Under the pieces are notes generated by a model. That model did no database searches. It saw nothing but the letters and a program-made list of their open reading frames with translations, and was not told the DNA's origin. Positions 35,692 to 45,021 of a stretch of DNA of 64,000 bases are shown piece by piece. Both the position numbers and the translations under genes were made by a program. Numbering within the stretch: position 1 is the first letter of the stretch; each line of letters begins with the position of its first letter. Source of the DNA: a virus (Duplodnaviria; Caudoviricetes); the IMG/VR virus record IMGVR_UViG_2905706892_000001, positions 1,556-65,555 of that record; one strand, given 5' to 3'.

Positions 35692-37164
35692 ATGAAACAG
35701 AACTTAATACTTAGCGCAGACAGCAAAGACTTTAAAATCAATGGCGAAGCAGCATTACGCTTATCATCAGCAGACTTCACTAAAGCCGTTGTTCAAACGA
35801 TTGACGAGCTATCAACAGTATATGGACACCGAACGAACTACATAGTACGTGGTGTTGCATGGGCAATGAAGGGTGAACTCAACAAGCGCGGTCGCCAAGC
35901 AGACAATGCAGTGACAGCAAGTGTTGCATACGCCATCACTACCAAGGACGCAGAGAAGCTTAGCAAGCTATCAGATGTGGTTGAGAAGGTGTCGTTGTGG
36001 ATAGAGGCGATGTTCATACAGTACGAAGCACATGCTCAAGACTTATCAACTCTTGGTGACTATGCAGTCGAGTTCCACCCATTCCAACGACGCATTGAAG
36101 CAACATTCCAGCTCAACAATGAGATAGACGATGGCGCAGAGTTTGACCAGTTCGAGTACGATTACGCAGATGATGATGAAGACGATGAAGCAGCCGCATG
36201 GATTGAGGAACACGGGCTTGCAACACAGATGAAACAGAGCGAGCTACGCACTCCAAAGGTCAATGTGGCGCAGGCGATGGATTCAGAGCCTAAAGCAGTA
36301 TTTGAGGACGTATCACGCAATGAATGGGTAGAGGACAGAGTTCACCGCTCACCTGCTGAATGGGTAGAGAACGCTCAGTATGGCGCATGGGGTGGCATCA
36401 AGGCCTTAGTAAGCAAAGCAACACAACATGTGCATTATCCACTCGTACTTGAAACAGTCGGTGGTATGCCTGAAAAGCCACTGGCATTCGCTACTAAGTG
36501 TATGCGCAAACAGGTGGATATGACCAACAGAGTCGAACGTCTTGAGAGCCAGAAACAGTATGTGCTTGACCGCATATACAAGATGGACAACACGGCAGAT
36601 GAAGCCCCAATAGCAGCAGTATCCAACGCAGTACGCGATGATGAGGTGGACGAGATAGACACCTCGATACGTGATGCAGTCAAGGTGCTTAACTTCTTGG
36701 ACGAGTACACACCACAGTTCAACAATTGGCTTGAGCTAGTCAACCTAGACACACCAATACGTCGATACTCAACATACGTCGCATTTGATCCAGTTGAGAT
36801 GATTATGAACCAGATGGTGAAGAAAGCAGGCTTTGAAGGACGTAGGCTAACAGCTCGCGACAACGCAAGGCTTGAAGCAGATGCACTCACAATGCTTGGC
36901 AACCCAACGACTATCGAATCGTTTGAGTTAGAAGACGCTGGCAACCTGAGATTATGGGGTATCCACTTCACAGAGGGTACGTTTGACGAGCTAAGAGGCA
37001 AGGCCAAAGACGTTAGCAAGATACGAACAATTCAGTACAGACAAGCCGAGCTTGAGGCACGTGCCAACAAGTTAGCTAGAGTTCAGAAAGGTTCAGCAAT
37101 GCGTAATAAAAAGCCCACTAGCCCGTTAGAGCTAGAGGCCATCACAAATCAATTCCTTTTCTAA
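35692..37164 (+). CDS. Hypothetical early protein (490 aa) with strongly acidic segment
   Basis: TAAGGT RBS, long ORF, followed by hairpin; no recognised family. Confidence 0.85.
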   Translation: MKQNLILSADSKDFKINGEAALRLSSADFTKAVVQTIDELSTVYGHRTNYIVRGVAWAMKGELNKRGRQADNAVTASVAYAITTKDAEKLSKLSDVVEKVSLWIEAMFIQYEAHAQDLSTLGDYAVEFHPFQRRIEATFQLNNEIDDGAEFDQFEYDYADDDEDDEAAAWIEEHGLATQMKQSELRTPKVNVAQAMDSEPKAVFEDVSRNEWVEDRVHRSPAEWVENAQYGAWGGIKALVSKATQHVHYPLVLETVGGMPEKPLAFATKCMRKQVDMTNRVERLESQKQYVLDRIYKMDNTADEAPIAAVSNAVRDDEVDEIDTSIRDAVKVLNFLDEYTPQFNNWLELVNLDTPIRRYSTYVAFDPVEMIMNQMVKKAGFEGRRLTARDNARLEADALTMLGNPTTIESFELEDAGNLRLWGIHFTEGTFDELRGKAKDVSKIRTIQYRQAELEARANKLARVQKGSAMRNKKPTSPLELEAITNQFLF

Positions 37165-37240
37165 GAAAACTTAGATAAGAACTGAGGGCAAGGTGCACCA
37201 ACACCCTGCCCTCGCACCAATATAAGAGAGAGAAATACTA

Positions 37241-37657
37241 ATGTCAAACAACACGTTATCAATTGATTCATTATTCGATATGGACGACCTATTCGGAAGT
37301 GCCGCAGCATACGAGGCAACACTAGATGCCACAGAAACACCAACAGCAGAGAAGGTTCGCATACGCGCCTACAGCAGCGAATACTACACGTGGATAGGCC
37401 AGTGCATACCTATGCCTGCTAAAAGCCCTAAGATCAACGCTGTGGATCAAATAGTCACATCAGCAAAGGGCACAGCATGTAAACGGTGCAATGCAACAGG
37501 CATATTCGCCTTAAATAACGGGACTGCTACCACATGCTACAAATGTGCAGGCAGTGGCACAATCACCGCCATTGACGAAGCGCGCACCGCTAAATATTGG
37601 GCACGTAAAAACAGTGGGCAAGCCATGAGCAAACATTACACAGATTACGTTCACTAG
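37241..37657 (+). CDS. Zinc-finger protein (DnaJ-type CxxCxxxG repeats)
   Basis: CKRCNATG and CYKCAGSG. Confidence 0.8.
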   Translation: MSNNTLSIDSLFDMDDLFGSAAAYEATLDATETPTAEKVRIRAYSSEYYTWIGQCIPMPAKSPKINAVDQIVTSAKGTACKRCNATGIFALNNGTATTCYKCAGSGTITAIDEARTAKYWARKNSGQAMSKHYTDYVH

Positions 37658-38530
37658 TTCGTAGGCCAACAGTCAGGCACTACAAACAGACTGACAACCA
37701 AACACCAACAAGCAAGTAGATACCGGTGATCAAATCAACTTTCTAACTCCCATCCAACCGCCCAATGGCGCACAACTATGGTCACGAACTAGCCCCTAGC
37801 CTGCGAAGAAAGAGAATAAGATATGCGTCGAGAAGCGAGGATGCGAGGCGAGAAGCGAGGATTGTTAAAGGTTAAATGTTATGAGGTGTGTGTTATGTAA
37901 CGTATGTCATTTAGCAGTTGTCAGTATGGCATGTAACAAGTGTCGTTTGTCTTGTGGATTCTACGGATAAGACGGTTTGGGTAGTTCGGGTAGAGCAACG
38001 TGGACAGAATGAGGTTCGTTCTGTTTGGAAAATGGGCGTTATGATTATATTTCGGGAGCTTAGATTTAGTTTACAGGCATTCCGCTTAACCTCAACGCTT
38101 AGTACGCTCAGTACAGCTCGCTACGCTTCTCCGTTCGTTCCTCTCTCCGCATGTCCTGCGTCCTGCGTCAAGGTAGACTCCACGACTGACACGAAAGTCC
38201 AAGCAATCACCCAAAACATTGCACAGAAGCCTAGGCGTGGACGATGTTAAATTTGTTCTTACGGGGGACTTTGACGACAGAATTTAAGAGTTATTCCGAA
38301 CGTCAGAGGTCACGCGGCCAACACCATGCGCCACCATCCACACAACACAAGCCACGCGCCCTAGACTGACCAACACGCACCGACTACTACGAACCACACA
38401 GCAAGCACCGACCAACGACCAACAACCAGCATCGCCGACCATCGCGCGCTAACTACTAAGCAACACGCAACACAAACTAGCCAGCAACGGCATCAATCGC
38501 CCCACAACACGGGCATTCAATACAAATCGG
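37654..38530 (+). other. Long non-coding region with long-range inverted repeats and alternating strand skew (candidate ncRNA or packaging signal)
   Basis: Stems 37654-37668/37779-37792, 37940-37964/38173-38192 and 38002-38026; short tandem repeats. Confidence 0.5.
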
Positions 38531-38539
38531 AGCAACACT

Positions 38540-38797
38540 ATGACACCTATCAACGCCCTTCACCGCCGCGTACTTATCAACTACCCTTGGGCAACCGGCA
38601 CCGAACTCCAACACCGAACACGCACCCTCGAAACCATCGCAACGCACGTAGAGCAATGCCAAGATTACACACTGCGCGGCGACCGATATCAGGCTGCCGC
38701 CCACTTCCAGTTAGCATTCAACCTAATGGCACAACAACGCCAACTCGACAGCTACTTTACAACAACTAACACGCAGCAAATGCAACTAGCAGCCTAG
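38540..38797 (+). CDS. Hypothetical protein
   Basis: GGAG RBS, ATG. Confidence 0.7.
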   Translation: MTPINALHRRVLINYPWATGTELQHRTRTLETIATHVEQCQDYTLRGDRYQAAAHFQLAFNLMAQQRQLDSYFTTTNTQQMQLAA

Positions 38798-38808
38798 GAC
38801 AATTAACC

Positions 38809-39003
38809 ATGAGCCAACGCCAAACAGATATGATTTCCCGCGCCCGCAGCGCAAAGACCGCCGCATACCAACAGGCCGATGCCGCCAAAGAGGCACTCGC
38901 CAAAGGACTCCCTGCCCGCGCCCAACATCACACGGAACAAGCCAATCAATTAGCAGGGGAAGCCAAGCGACTCCTATCCCGCAGCAATGCCCTTTACTGG
39001 TAA
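38809..39003 (+). CDS. Hypothetical protein
   Basis: AGGA RBS, ATG. Confidence 0.7.
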   Translation: MSQRQTDMISRARSAKTAAYQQADAAKEALAKGLPARAQHHTEQANQLAGEAKRLLSRSNALYW

Positions 39004-39131
39004 CAATTAATACTCATCACCCCCCGACAGCACTCATTAAACGCTAAATGATAATCGGCAGAGTAATAAAAGATGCAAAACAATGACTTACAGGGAGCAA
39101 GTTGTACTTATGGACGCTTGACGCAGATTGG

Positions 39132-39572
39132 ATGGACAAATAATTCGCGACTTTTGGCGCTGGATGTGAGTCAGAAGTAGAGGGCATGTAAACACCAAAA
39201 GTGTCCACCTTTTTTTAACCCTGTCCACCTTTTCAAATTGGGTGACCAAGGGGGGTGGACAGCTACAGCCTATGACACATATGGTCTAGACCCATCTGTC
39301 CATGTTGTCCATGTTTTTCACCCACCTACAGAGTATAGACATTATATATAGTGTGTTACTACAACACAGAATATAAAACTTTTTCTCTCAGTCCTAGGTA
39401 TCAAAAAGGTGGACAACATGGACAAGGTGGACAGACGGTTAATAAGTGAACTCTGTAATTATTCATCATCTGTAATATGGGGGTCTGGGGGGTTAGTAAG
39501 CACTTACTTACAAACACCAAAAAGTGTCCACATATTTTTTGCTAGGTGGACACTTTAAAATAAAGGTGGACA
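39132..39572. repeat. Iteron-like repeat cluster, putative replication origin
   Basis: 12 copies of RTGGACA/TGTCCAY in both orientations around an AT-rich core (about 39335-39385). Confidence 0.8.
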
Positions 39573-39696
39573 GACTGTACAAATAATAGGCTATTTATTC
39601 GAGTAGCTTACTATTTGATCAACATTCCACTAAAAAGCCACTTTAACCGCTCATTGACGAGCAACCAGTATAAAACCATAACTTTCGGAGATTATT

Positions 39697-40305
39697 ATGG
39701 AACAACAAACACAACAAATCAAATCAACATCTGACAATATGCGCCGAGTTGAACATGGCACAGATTTCACGGACGTTACGACAACCAAAGCACAGAGCGA
39801 CGACTACGCAAGTGCGGTCTTCATAGACTGTAACTTCGAGGGTATGCGATTAGTCTGCGCCAATCTACGGGGCTCAACGTTCATAAACTGTAACATGCGC
39901 GACACTGACCTAACGCTAGTGAACGCCTCGAACACCACGTTCCGCGACACAGACCTAGAGGGAGCCGACCTATCGCAAGCCATACTATGCGGAGCCTCAC
40001 TAGAGCGCACGAAATTCACGCCCGCCAACATTAAAGGGGCTGACCTGCGAGGCGCAACACTACCAGAGGGCATCATCGTAGCGGACTTCACCCTGTCACG
40101 CGCTGAACCACTCACCGCCCTACTATCGGCCAATACGCTGCAAATTAACAACGAAACCGCTGAATTAAATGTGTGGGACGCAATGATTGATGAGCATCCT
40201 AACGCAGACTATCGCAACCGAGTACGCTCACTGTTAGTCATGTGCCATGCATTACGCGCCAAAGAACGCGCGCCACGTAGCGTAGACCTTGAGGTGGCCG
40301 CATGA
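39697..40305 (+). CDS. Pentapeptide-repeat protein
   Basis: ANLRG, TDLEG ADLSQ AILCG ASLER, ADLRG ATL. Confidence 0.9.
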   Translation: MEQQTQQIKSTSDNMRRVEHGTDFTDVTTTKAQSDDYASAVFIDCNFEGMRLVCANLRGSTFINCNMRDTDLTLVNASNTTFRDTDLEGADLSQAILCGASLERTKFTPANIKGADLRGATLPEGIIVADFTLSRAEPLTALLSANTLQINNETAELNVWDAMIDEHPNADYRNRVRSLLVMCHALRAKERAPRSVDLEVAA

Positions 40306-40703
40306 GAGCTGCCCCATTCCACCGACAACGTGGCTATCAACAACCGTACTTTGATGTGGGTCAGTACAAATTCCACATACACGACGCAACACTGAATGGC
40401 GCAGGCGACCCAGCGATTAACATGCAGGTGACAGAGTCATTTGATGGCAGACGAGTTGGCGTGTACTACTTCCGCAATTTCCATCTTACTGCAGCCACTA
40501 CGCCGAAATCAAAAGCCTTGTGGGAACGCAAACTGGATATGCTATTGGGGGCGCTAGGCATCAAAGAGATGCACGACCTTAAAGAACTAGTCGGACGCAC
40601 TGTTGTTGTTGAGTTCACCAAGTCGGGGCTTGAACCATTACCTAACTTTTTAGCACCTGACAAAGCAATCCCACTGTATAAAGCCGAACTGTTAGCAGCT
40701 TAA
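40302..40703 (+). CDS. DUF669-like OB-fold (SSB-like) protein
   Basis: GQYKFHI..G...FRNFHL..LLGALGI...LVGRTVVV pattern. Confidence 0.55.
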   Translation: MRAAPFHRQRGYQQPYFDVGQYKFHIHDATLNGAGDPAINMQVTESFDGRRVGVYYFRNFHLTAATTPKSKALWERKLDMLLGALGIKEMHDLKELVGRTVVVEFTKSGLEPLPNFLAPDKAIPLYKAELLAA

Positions 40704-40717
40704 CTCAATCAAACTTT

Positions 40718-40759
40718 AACAGTAACACTGTTGACATGGGTTAGTAGCACTTATACTAT
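40718..40759 (+). promoter_or_regulatory. Strong early promoter TTGACA-17-TACTAT with perfect operator on the -35
   Basis: AACAGT-AAC-ACTGTT 40718-40732; -35 at 40731-40736; -10 at 40754-40759. Confidence 0.85.
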
Positions 40760-40785
40760 GCCGCAACTTTCAGGGGAGCAAACCA

Positions 40786-40920
40786 ATGTCACCACCTAGA
40801 AGACGTACACATTCTTTCCGAAGACGCGCCGAACAAAGACTAACGCGCGTCCTTCTCCTTTGCATCGCAGTAGTAGTAACCCTACTAAGCACCGCAGTAG
40901 CATTCGCTACAAATCACTAA
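40786..40920 (+). CDS. 44-aa Arg-rich single-TM peptide (below ORF-track cutoff)
   Basis: GGGGAG RBS; MSPPRRRTHSFRRRAEQRLTRVLLLCIAVVVTLLSTAVAFATNH. Confidence 0.65.
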   Translation: MSPPRRRTHSFRRRAEQRLTRVLLLCIAVVVTLLSTAVAFATNH

Positions 40921-40932
40921 TTATCATTATAA

Positions 40933-41472
40933 ATGAGAGCATCCATGAAAAACTTAACAGCAAATGTAGCATACGCAGCCGTAATCAAAAGAGTCATTGA
41001 AAAGCACATGACTGAACCACAGTACGCAATAGGCTTGCCGCTTTACGTGCCTGTCATCACAGGTTTAATGGATACCGCTCCTTCACAAACTGACCGAGCG
41101 CAGATGTTCGGGGCAGCCGCAACGGCATTCCTATCGGAGTCAACACCCGCGCTTAGAGACTTTAATCCTGAAACGGTTGATGCACACATGGATCAAATCT
41201 TTGTTGAGATGCAAAGTATCCTTGACCAAGTACGCGAAAAGGTTATCGGCTCAAAAGATATGCACGACCTTATTAAGAGTAACCGCCAAACTAACTATGT
41301 TGACAGCAAAGGCGAACAGGCCGAGACCGAAGACAACGACGGCAAGAGTAGCAACGGAACAAGCATCCTAGACCAGCTACTCAGCGCCCTAAGTGCCGAT
41401 GGTTGTGGCGAATGTGAAGGCTGTAAACGCCGTGCAGCACTGAAAGAAGAGCAAGAAAAAGGAGCTGCATAA
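40933..41472 (+). CDS. Hypothetical protein with C-terminal CxxCxxC
   Basis: CGECEGC; operon packing. Confidence 0.75.
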   Translation: MRASMKNLTANVAYAAVIKRVIEKHMTEPQYAIGLPLYVPVITGLMDTAPSQTDRAQMFGAAATAFLSESTPALRDFNPETVDAHMDQIFVEMQSILDQVREKVIGSKDMHDLIKSNRQTNYVDSKGEQAETEDNDGKSSNGTSILDQLLSALSADGCGECEGCKRRAALKEEQEKGAA

Positions 41473-41819
41473 TGCCTTACGCTGACCAGAACCTCGAAAT
41501 CATAAACGAAGTAGCCAATATAAGCACCCAGATACCAAGTACAGAGCGCTTAGCCGACCATCTGACACCTATCATCATCAACGCAGCACCGACTCCAGCT
41601 GATGCACTTAGTGACCTTGCAACGCATTACCTTACATTGGTTCACATGCTCAGCGTTGCACACGATGACATTGATAAGCGCGAACCACACTACATTGTGC
41701 TTGAAGTGAATGGCCTTGTGGAAGAAGCACTTACCAGTGTCAAAGAACAGTTAATGTTGAACCCAGACTTCGCATTAACAGTGACTAACGAAGCGGAACG
41801 CCTGCGCGAACTTGCTTAA
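41472..41819 (+). CDS. Hypothetical protein
   Basis: TAATG overlap, GGAG RBS. Confidence 0.75.
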   Translation: MPYADQNLEIINEVANISTQIPSTERLADHLTPIIINAAPTPADALSDLATHYLTLVHMLSVAHDDIDKREPHYIVLEVNGLVEEALTSVKEQLMLNPDFALTVTNEAERLRELA

Positions 41820-41883
41820 ACGAATTATGCGGGTACTCCAAGTGGGGTGTCCCGCCACCAAACGGATAACGGAGTACCCAACC

Positions 41884-42174
41884 ATGTTCGGTAACAAAGA
41901 ACAACAAAACCAAATTGAACAGCTTAGCTCGAAAGTAATTAACCTTGAAACCATGTTACGCGCTGCCACTCGAGACTCAATCAAAGCACACGATCGGATA
42001 GACCAGGCGAACCTTAGAACCGCCAACATTGAGCATTACACCGGTATGCGCTCACACAGCTTTGAGAATGGCGGACGCATGTGGAATTACATGCAGATGC
42101 ACCGAGATATAGCGAACAGCAAGCGCCCTCAATCACTTTTTGTGAACAAGAGCCGCGTAGCACAAGCAGCATAA
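41884..42174 (+). CDS. Hypothetical protein
   Basis: GGAG RBS before ATG 41884. Confidence 0.7.
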   Translation: MFGNKEQQNQIEQLSSKVINLETMLRAATRDSIKAHDRIDQANLRTANIEHYTGMRSHSFENGGRMWNYMQMHRDIANSKRPQSLFVNKSRVAQAA

Positions 42175-42231
42175 CCAACGGGATGCACTAGTAGCATTCC
42201 TCCCCTCTTTGCAACAACACAGGTAACTAAC

Positions 42232-42885
42232 ATGAAAAAATTAAAGCTAGGTCTACGCCTAAACTCTTACAACCGTCGCAAGATAGCGGTTGCCGTTGTT
42301 AGCGCGCAGATTGGTGGACGCATTGAACAGCTAAACCGTGAACTGTCAGACCTTGGCAAAGAAGTTTATACATCACTATTCGATATGTATGGCCTAGGCA
42401 ATTTATGCGCTGATGGTGAAGACGTAACGACCATTATGGAAGGAACACTGCCAGTAGCACCGCACATCACTGTGACCAGTCCTGACCGTGCCGACATAAT
42501 GAACCTTGAATTTGGTGCAGAGCGCCCTATCCCGTATGCCTACCAGATTGGCAATGTTAACGACACATTGTTCGCAGACTTGCCGATGATGGAAGAGCGC
42601 ATAATGGGATTATTCCCTAAGTGCGCGCTTGTTAAGAGACAGGCCGATGACATTGAACACAAAATCACGGTCTATCTCGAAGGACATAAGACGCTTCGCA
42701 CTGTGATAGAAGAAACGCCGGGCATGGCTGACATTATCCCTGACGAGTATTGCGAAGAACAGAAAGAAGGTAAGTCACTCGACAGCATTCTAATGGGCAC
42801 TGACGTTGTTGAAGACCTTGAACACGCTGTTGAAGACCTTGAAGGAGTCCTTGAAGAACAGGACGAGGACACAGAGATTGAGTAG
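42232..42885 (+). CDS. Nmad5-like protein
   Basis: N-terminal RLNSYNRRKI and C-terminal TLRTVIEETPGM..IIP pattern. Confidence 0.55.
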   Translation: MKKLKLGLRLNSYNRRKIAVAVVSAQIGGRIEQLNRELSDLGKEVYTSLFDMYGLGNLCADGEDVTTIMEGTLPVAPHITVTSPDRADIMNLEFGAERPIPYAYQIGNVNDTLFADLPMMEERIMGLFPKCALVKRQADDIEHKITVYLEGHKTLRTVIEETPGMADIIPDEYCEEQKEGKSLDSILMGTDVVEDLEHAVEDLEGVLEEQDEDTEIE

Positions 42886-44956
42886 CCTCTTTGACTCAAA
42901 AGACAACTTAGCAATTACGGTTATCAAGCGCGCATTCGACCTAGATATTATTGTCTTCCTAGATTGGGAGACATTCTACAAGTCTAAAGCGAACAATGGC
43001 TCTAAGTCATACAGCCTTAAATCACTAACCTACCCTGATTACATACTGGGCGACCGATTTGAAGAAACAGGCCTAGGCGTAACGATTGACCTAAACGATG
43101 AAATTGTTTACGGGCACGGACAATACTTCTACCAGCAACAAATGGCAAAGATTAAAAAGGCACGTGCTGAGGGTTTACGCGTTGGCCTAGTCGCACATAA
43201 CACCGTATTCGATGGCGCTATCTGTAATTGGGTGCATGGCCTTAAGTTCGACTTCTATTTCGATACGATGCTAATGCGTAAGTATTTAGCGGCACATAAG
43301 CCTGCATCATTAGGCGCGTGTGCTAAGGACGAATGGCCTGATGACCCTGCGCTACGTAAGGGCAGCGATTTGGCGCAAGTTGATGGGATCAAATACGATT
43401 ACATTAGCACGTCGGAACACGTGTCATTGGCGAAGTATTGTCGTCAAGACGTTAACCTTATGCGCCGTTTATTCTTGGCTTACATACCCCGCATTGGTTT
43501 AGGCGAAAGCACTGAACTACGTGCCATGCACATAACATTACGCGCCGCTATTGAGCCACAGTTCGACATTCGACACGACTTACTTGAGGAAGTAATCGTT
43601 GAAGAAGACGAGCTTGATGGGATAGCAGCGGTTGCCGCCATACAGTTCTGCATAGACAACGATGTTGAGGGCATATCGCCGAAAACGTTTAGCTCTAACC
43701 CGCAGTACGAGGCGTTGTTAAGACAGTTTAAATTACGTGTCCCTAAGAAAATATCGAAGACTACGGGCGAGTTATCCCCCGCCCTTGGCAAAGGCGACCC
43801 TGAGTACATTCGTTTGCAGATAGATAACCCTGAGTACGCGGTGCTATACAAAGCCCGTGCGCGCTTGAAATCTACTATTGGCAAGACGCGCGCTGTCCGC
43901 ATGATTGGGGTGTCTTCAACCTTCCGTTCACGTGGATTTGGTGACGCATGTATGCCGTTCTTCCTGAACTACTACGGCGCGGGGCAAACAGGCCGTTGGT
44001 CGGGTGGACAGAAGTTGAACCAGCAGAACAACACACGTGGCGGTAAGCATCGCCTGTCAATGCTTGCACCTGATGGTCACTACATTGGCGTATGCGATTT
44101 ATCGAACATTGAGCTACGAGTGAACATGTGGTTCTGCGGTCAGACTGACGTTTTAGAAAAGATGTCATCTACTGACCAACTAGGCGAAAAAGACCCTGAC
44201 AAGTACGACTACTACTGTGACCTTGCGGGCGGCATATTCGGTCGCAAGATAACGAAAGCCGAAGATAAGAACGAGCGTCAGATGGGTAAGGCTGCGGGCT
44301 TAGGCCTAGGCTTCGCAATGGGTTGGTTCGGTTTCCAGCAGTACCTTGCGAGTGGCCCGATGGGCATGGAACCTATGTTCAAAGACGATGCATTCTGCCG
44401 TGGGGTTAAGAACTCATACGACACGAAGCACTACGCAGTTAAGGCGATGTGGCACTTCATAGCGAATACGGTAATGCCTGTAATCGTTAACGGTGGCGAG
44501 CTTCGGTTTGGTCCTAACGAGTCATACGTGGCGCACAAAGACAAGATTGTTCTGCCCTCTGGCCGAGTATTGCAATACAGCAACGCGCGCTACAAAGGTG
44601 AGGAAACTCGCGGCGGTGTGTCGATTAAAGTTGTATTCGATTCGGACAAGTACGACCGCTGGGGCAACCCTGTCCTTAAATACCTATGGCATGGCCTGCT
44701 TATCGAGAACATAGCGCAAGCAACCGCGCGCGACATTCTTGCGGAGCAGATAGTGAACGTTGACGCAGAGCTTGAGGTTAAGCAATTAGGCTGGGTAATG
44801 GGCAGCGTACACGATGAAATATTGGCTGCATTACGTGACGGTGAAGCAGATGAAGGGTTCAAGATTATGGCCGACCACATGGCTATTGCGCCAGCGTGGG
44901 CAACTGGCCTGCCACTCGCGAACGAAGGTGGTTTCGCCAGAGAATATTCTAAGTAA
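42878..44956 (+). CDS. Family A DNA polymerase with 3'-5' exonuclease
   Basis: Exo DWET, AHNTVFD, YCRQD; TGRWSG; motif A DLSNIELR; motif B RQMGKAAGLGLGF; motif C VHDEI; start taken as in-frame TTG. Confidence 0.95.
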   Translation: MSSLFDSKDNLAITVIKRAFDLDIIVFLDWETFYKSKANNGSKSYSLKSLTYPDYILGDRFEETGLGVTIDLNDEIVYGHGQYFYQQQMAKIKKARAEGLRVGLVAHNTVFDGAICNWVHGLKFDFYFDTMLMRKYLAAHKPASLGACAKDEWPDDPALRKGSDLAQVDGIKYDYISTSEHVSLAKYCRQDVNLMRRLFLAYIPRIGLGESTELRAMHITLRAAIEPQFDIRHDLLEEVIVEEDELDGIAAVAAIQFCIDNDVEGISPKTFSSNPQYEALLRQFKLRVPKKISKTTGELSPALGKGDPEYIRLQIDNPEYAVLYKARARLKSTIGKTRAVRMIGVSSTFRSRGFGDACMPFFLNYYGAGQTGRWSGGQKLNQQNNTRGGKHRLSMLAPDGHYIGVCDLSNIELRVNMWFCGQTDVLEKMSSTDQLGEKDPDKYDYYCDLAGGIFGRKITKAEDKNERQMGKAAGLGLGFAMGWFGFQQYLASGPMGMEPMFKDDAFCRGVKNSYDTKHYAVKAMWHFIANTVMPVIVNGGELRFGPNESYVAHKDKIVLPSGRVLQYSNARYKGEETRGGVSIKVVFDSDKYDRWGNPVLKYLWHGLLIENIAQATARDILAEQIVNVDAELEVKQLGWVMGSVHDEILAALRDGEADEGFKIMADHMAIAPAWATGLPLANEGGFAREYSK

Positions 44957-44972
44957 CAACTCATGCATGACC

Positions 44973-45005
44973 AAGGGTAGCGGCCACCAAGCTCTGCCCT
45001 TTTTC
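44973..45005 (+). terminator. Probable terminator after polymerase
   Basis: AAGGGTAG...CTGCCCTT then T-tract. Confidence 0.55.
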
Positions 45006-45021
45006 CAACCATTAAAGAGAT

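Noticed and set aside
37918-38250. 110-aa plus-strand ORF in the non-coding region
   Set aside because: TTG start without RBS and low-complexity composition; cannot be fully excluded
39576-39591. Possible second LexA box CTGTACAAATAATAGG
   Set aside because: Right half does not give CAG at the required spacing
42806-42843. 15-bp direct repeat GTTGAAGACCTTGAA
   Set aside because: Small in-frame duplication (VEDLE twice) in an acidic tail; no further significance seen
42878-44956. Z-genome (DpoZ) or hypermodification system
   Set aside because: No purZ, datZ, mazZ, queuosine-pathway or glycosyltransferase genes recognised
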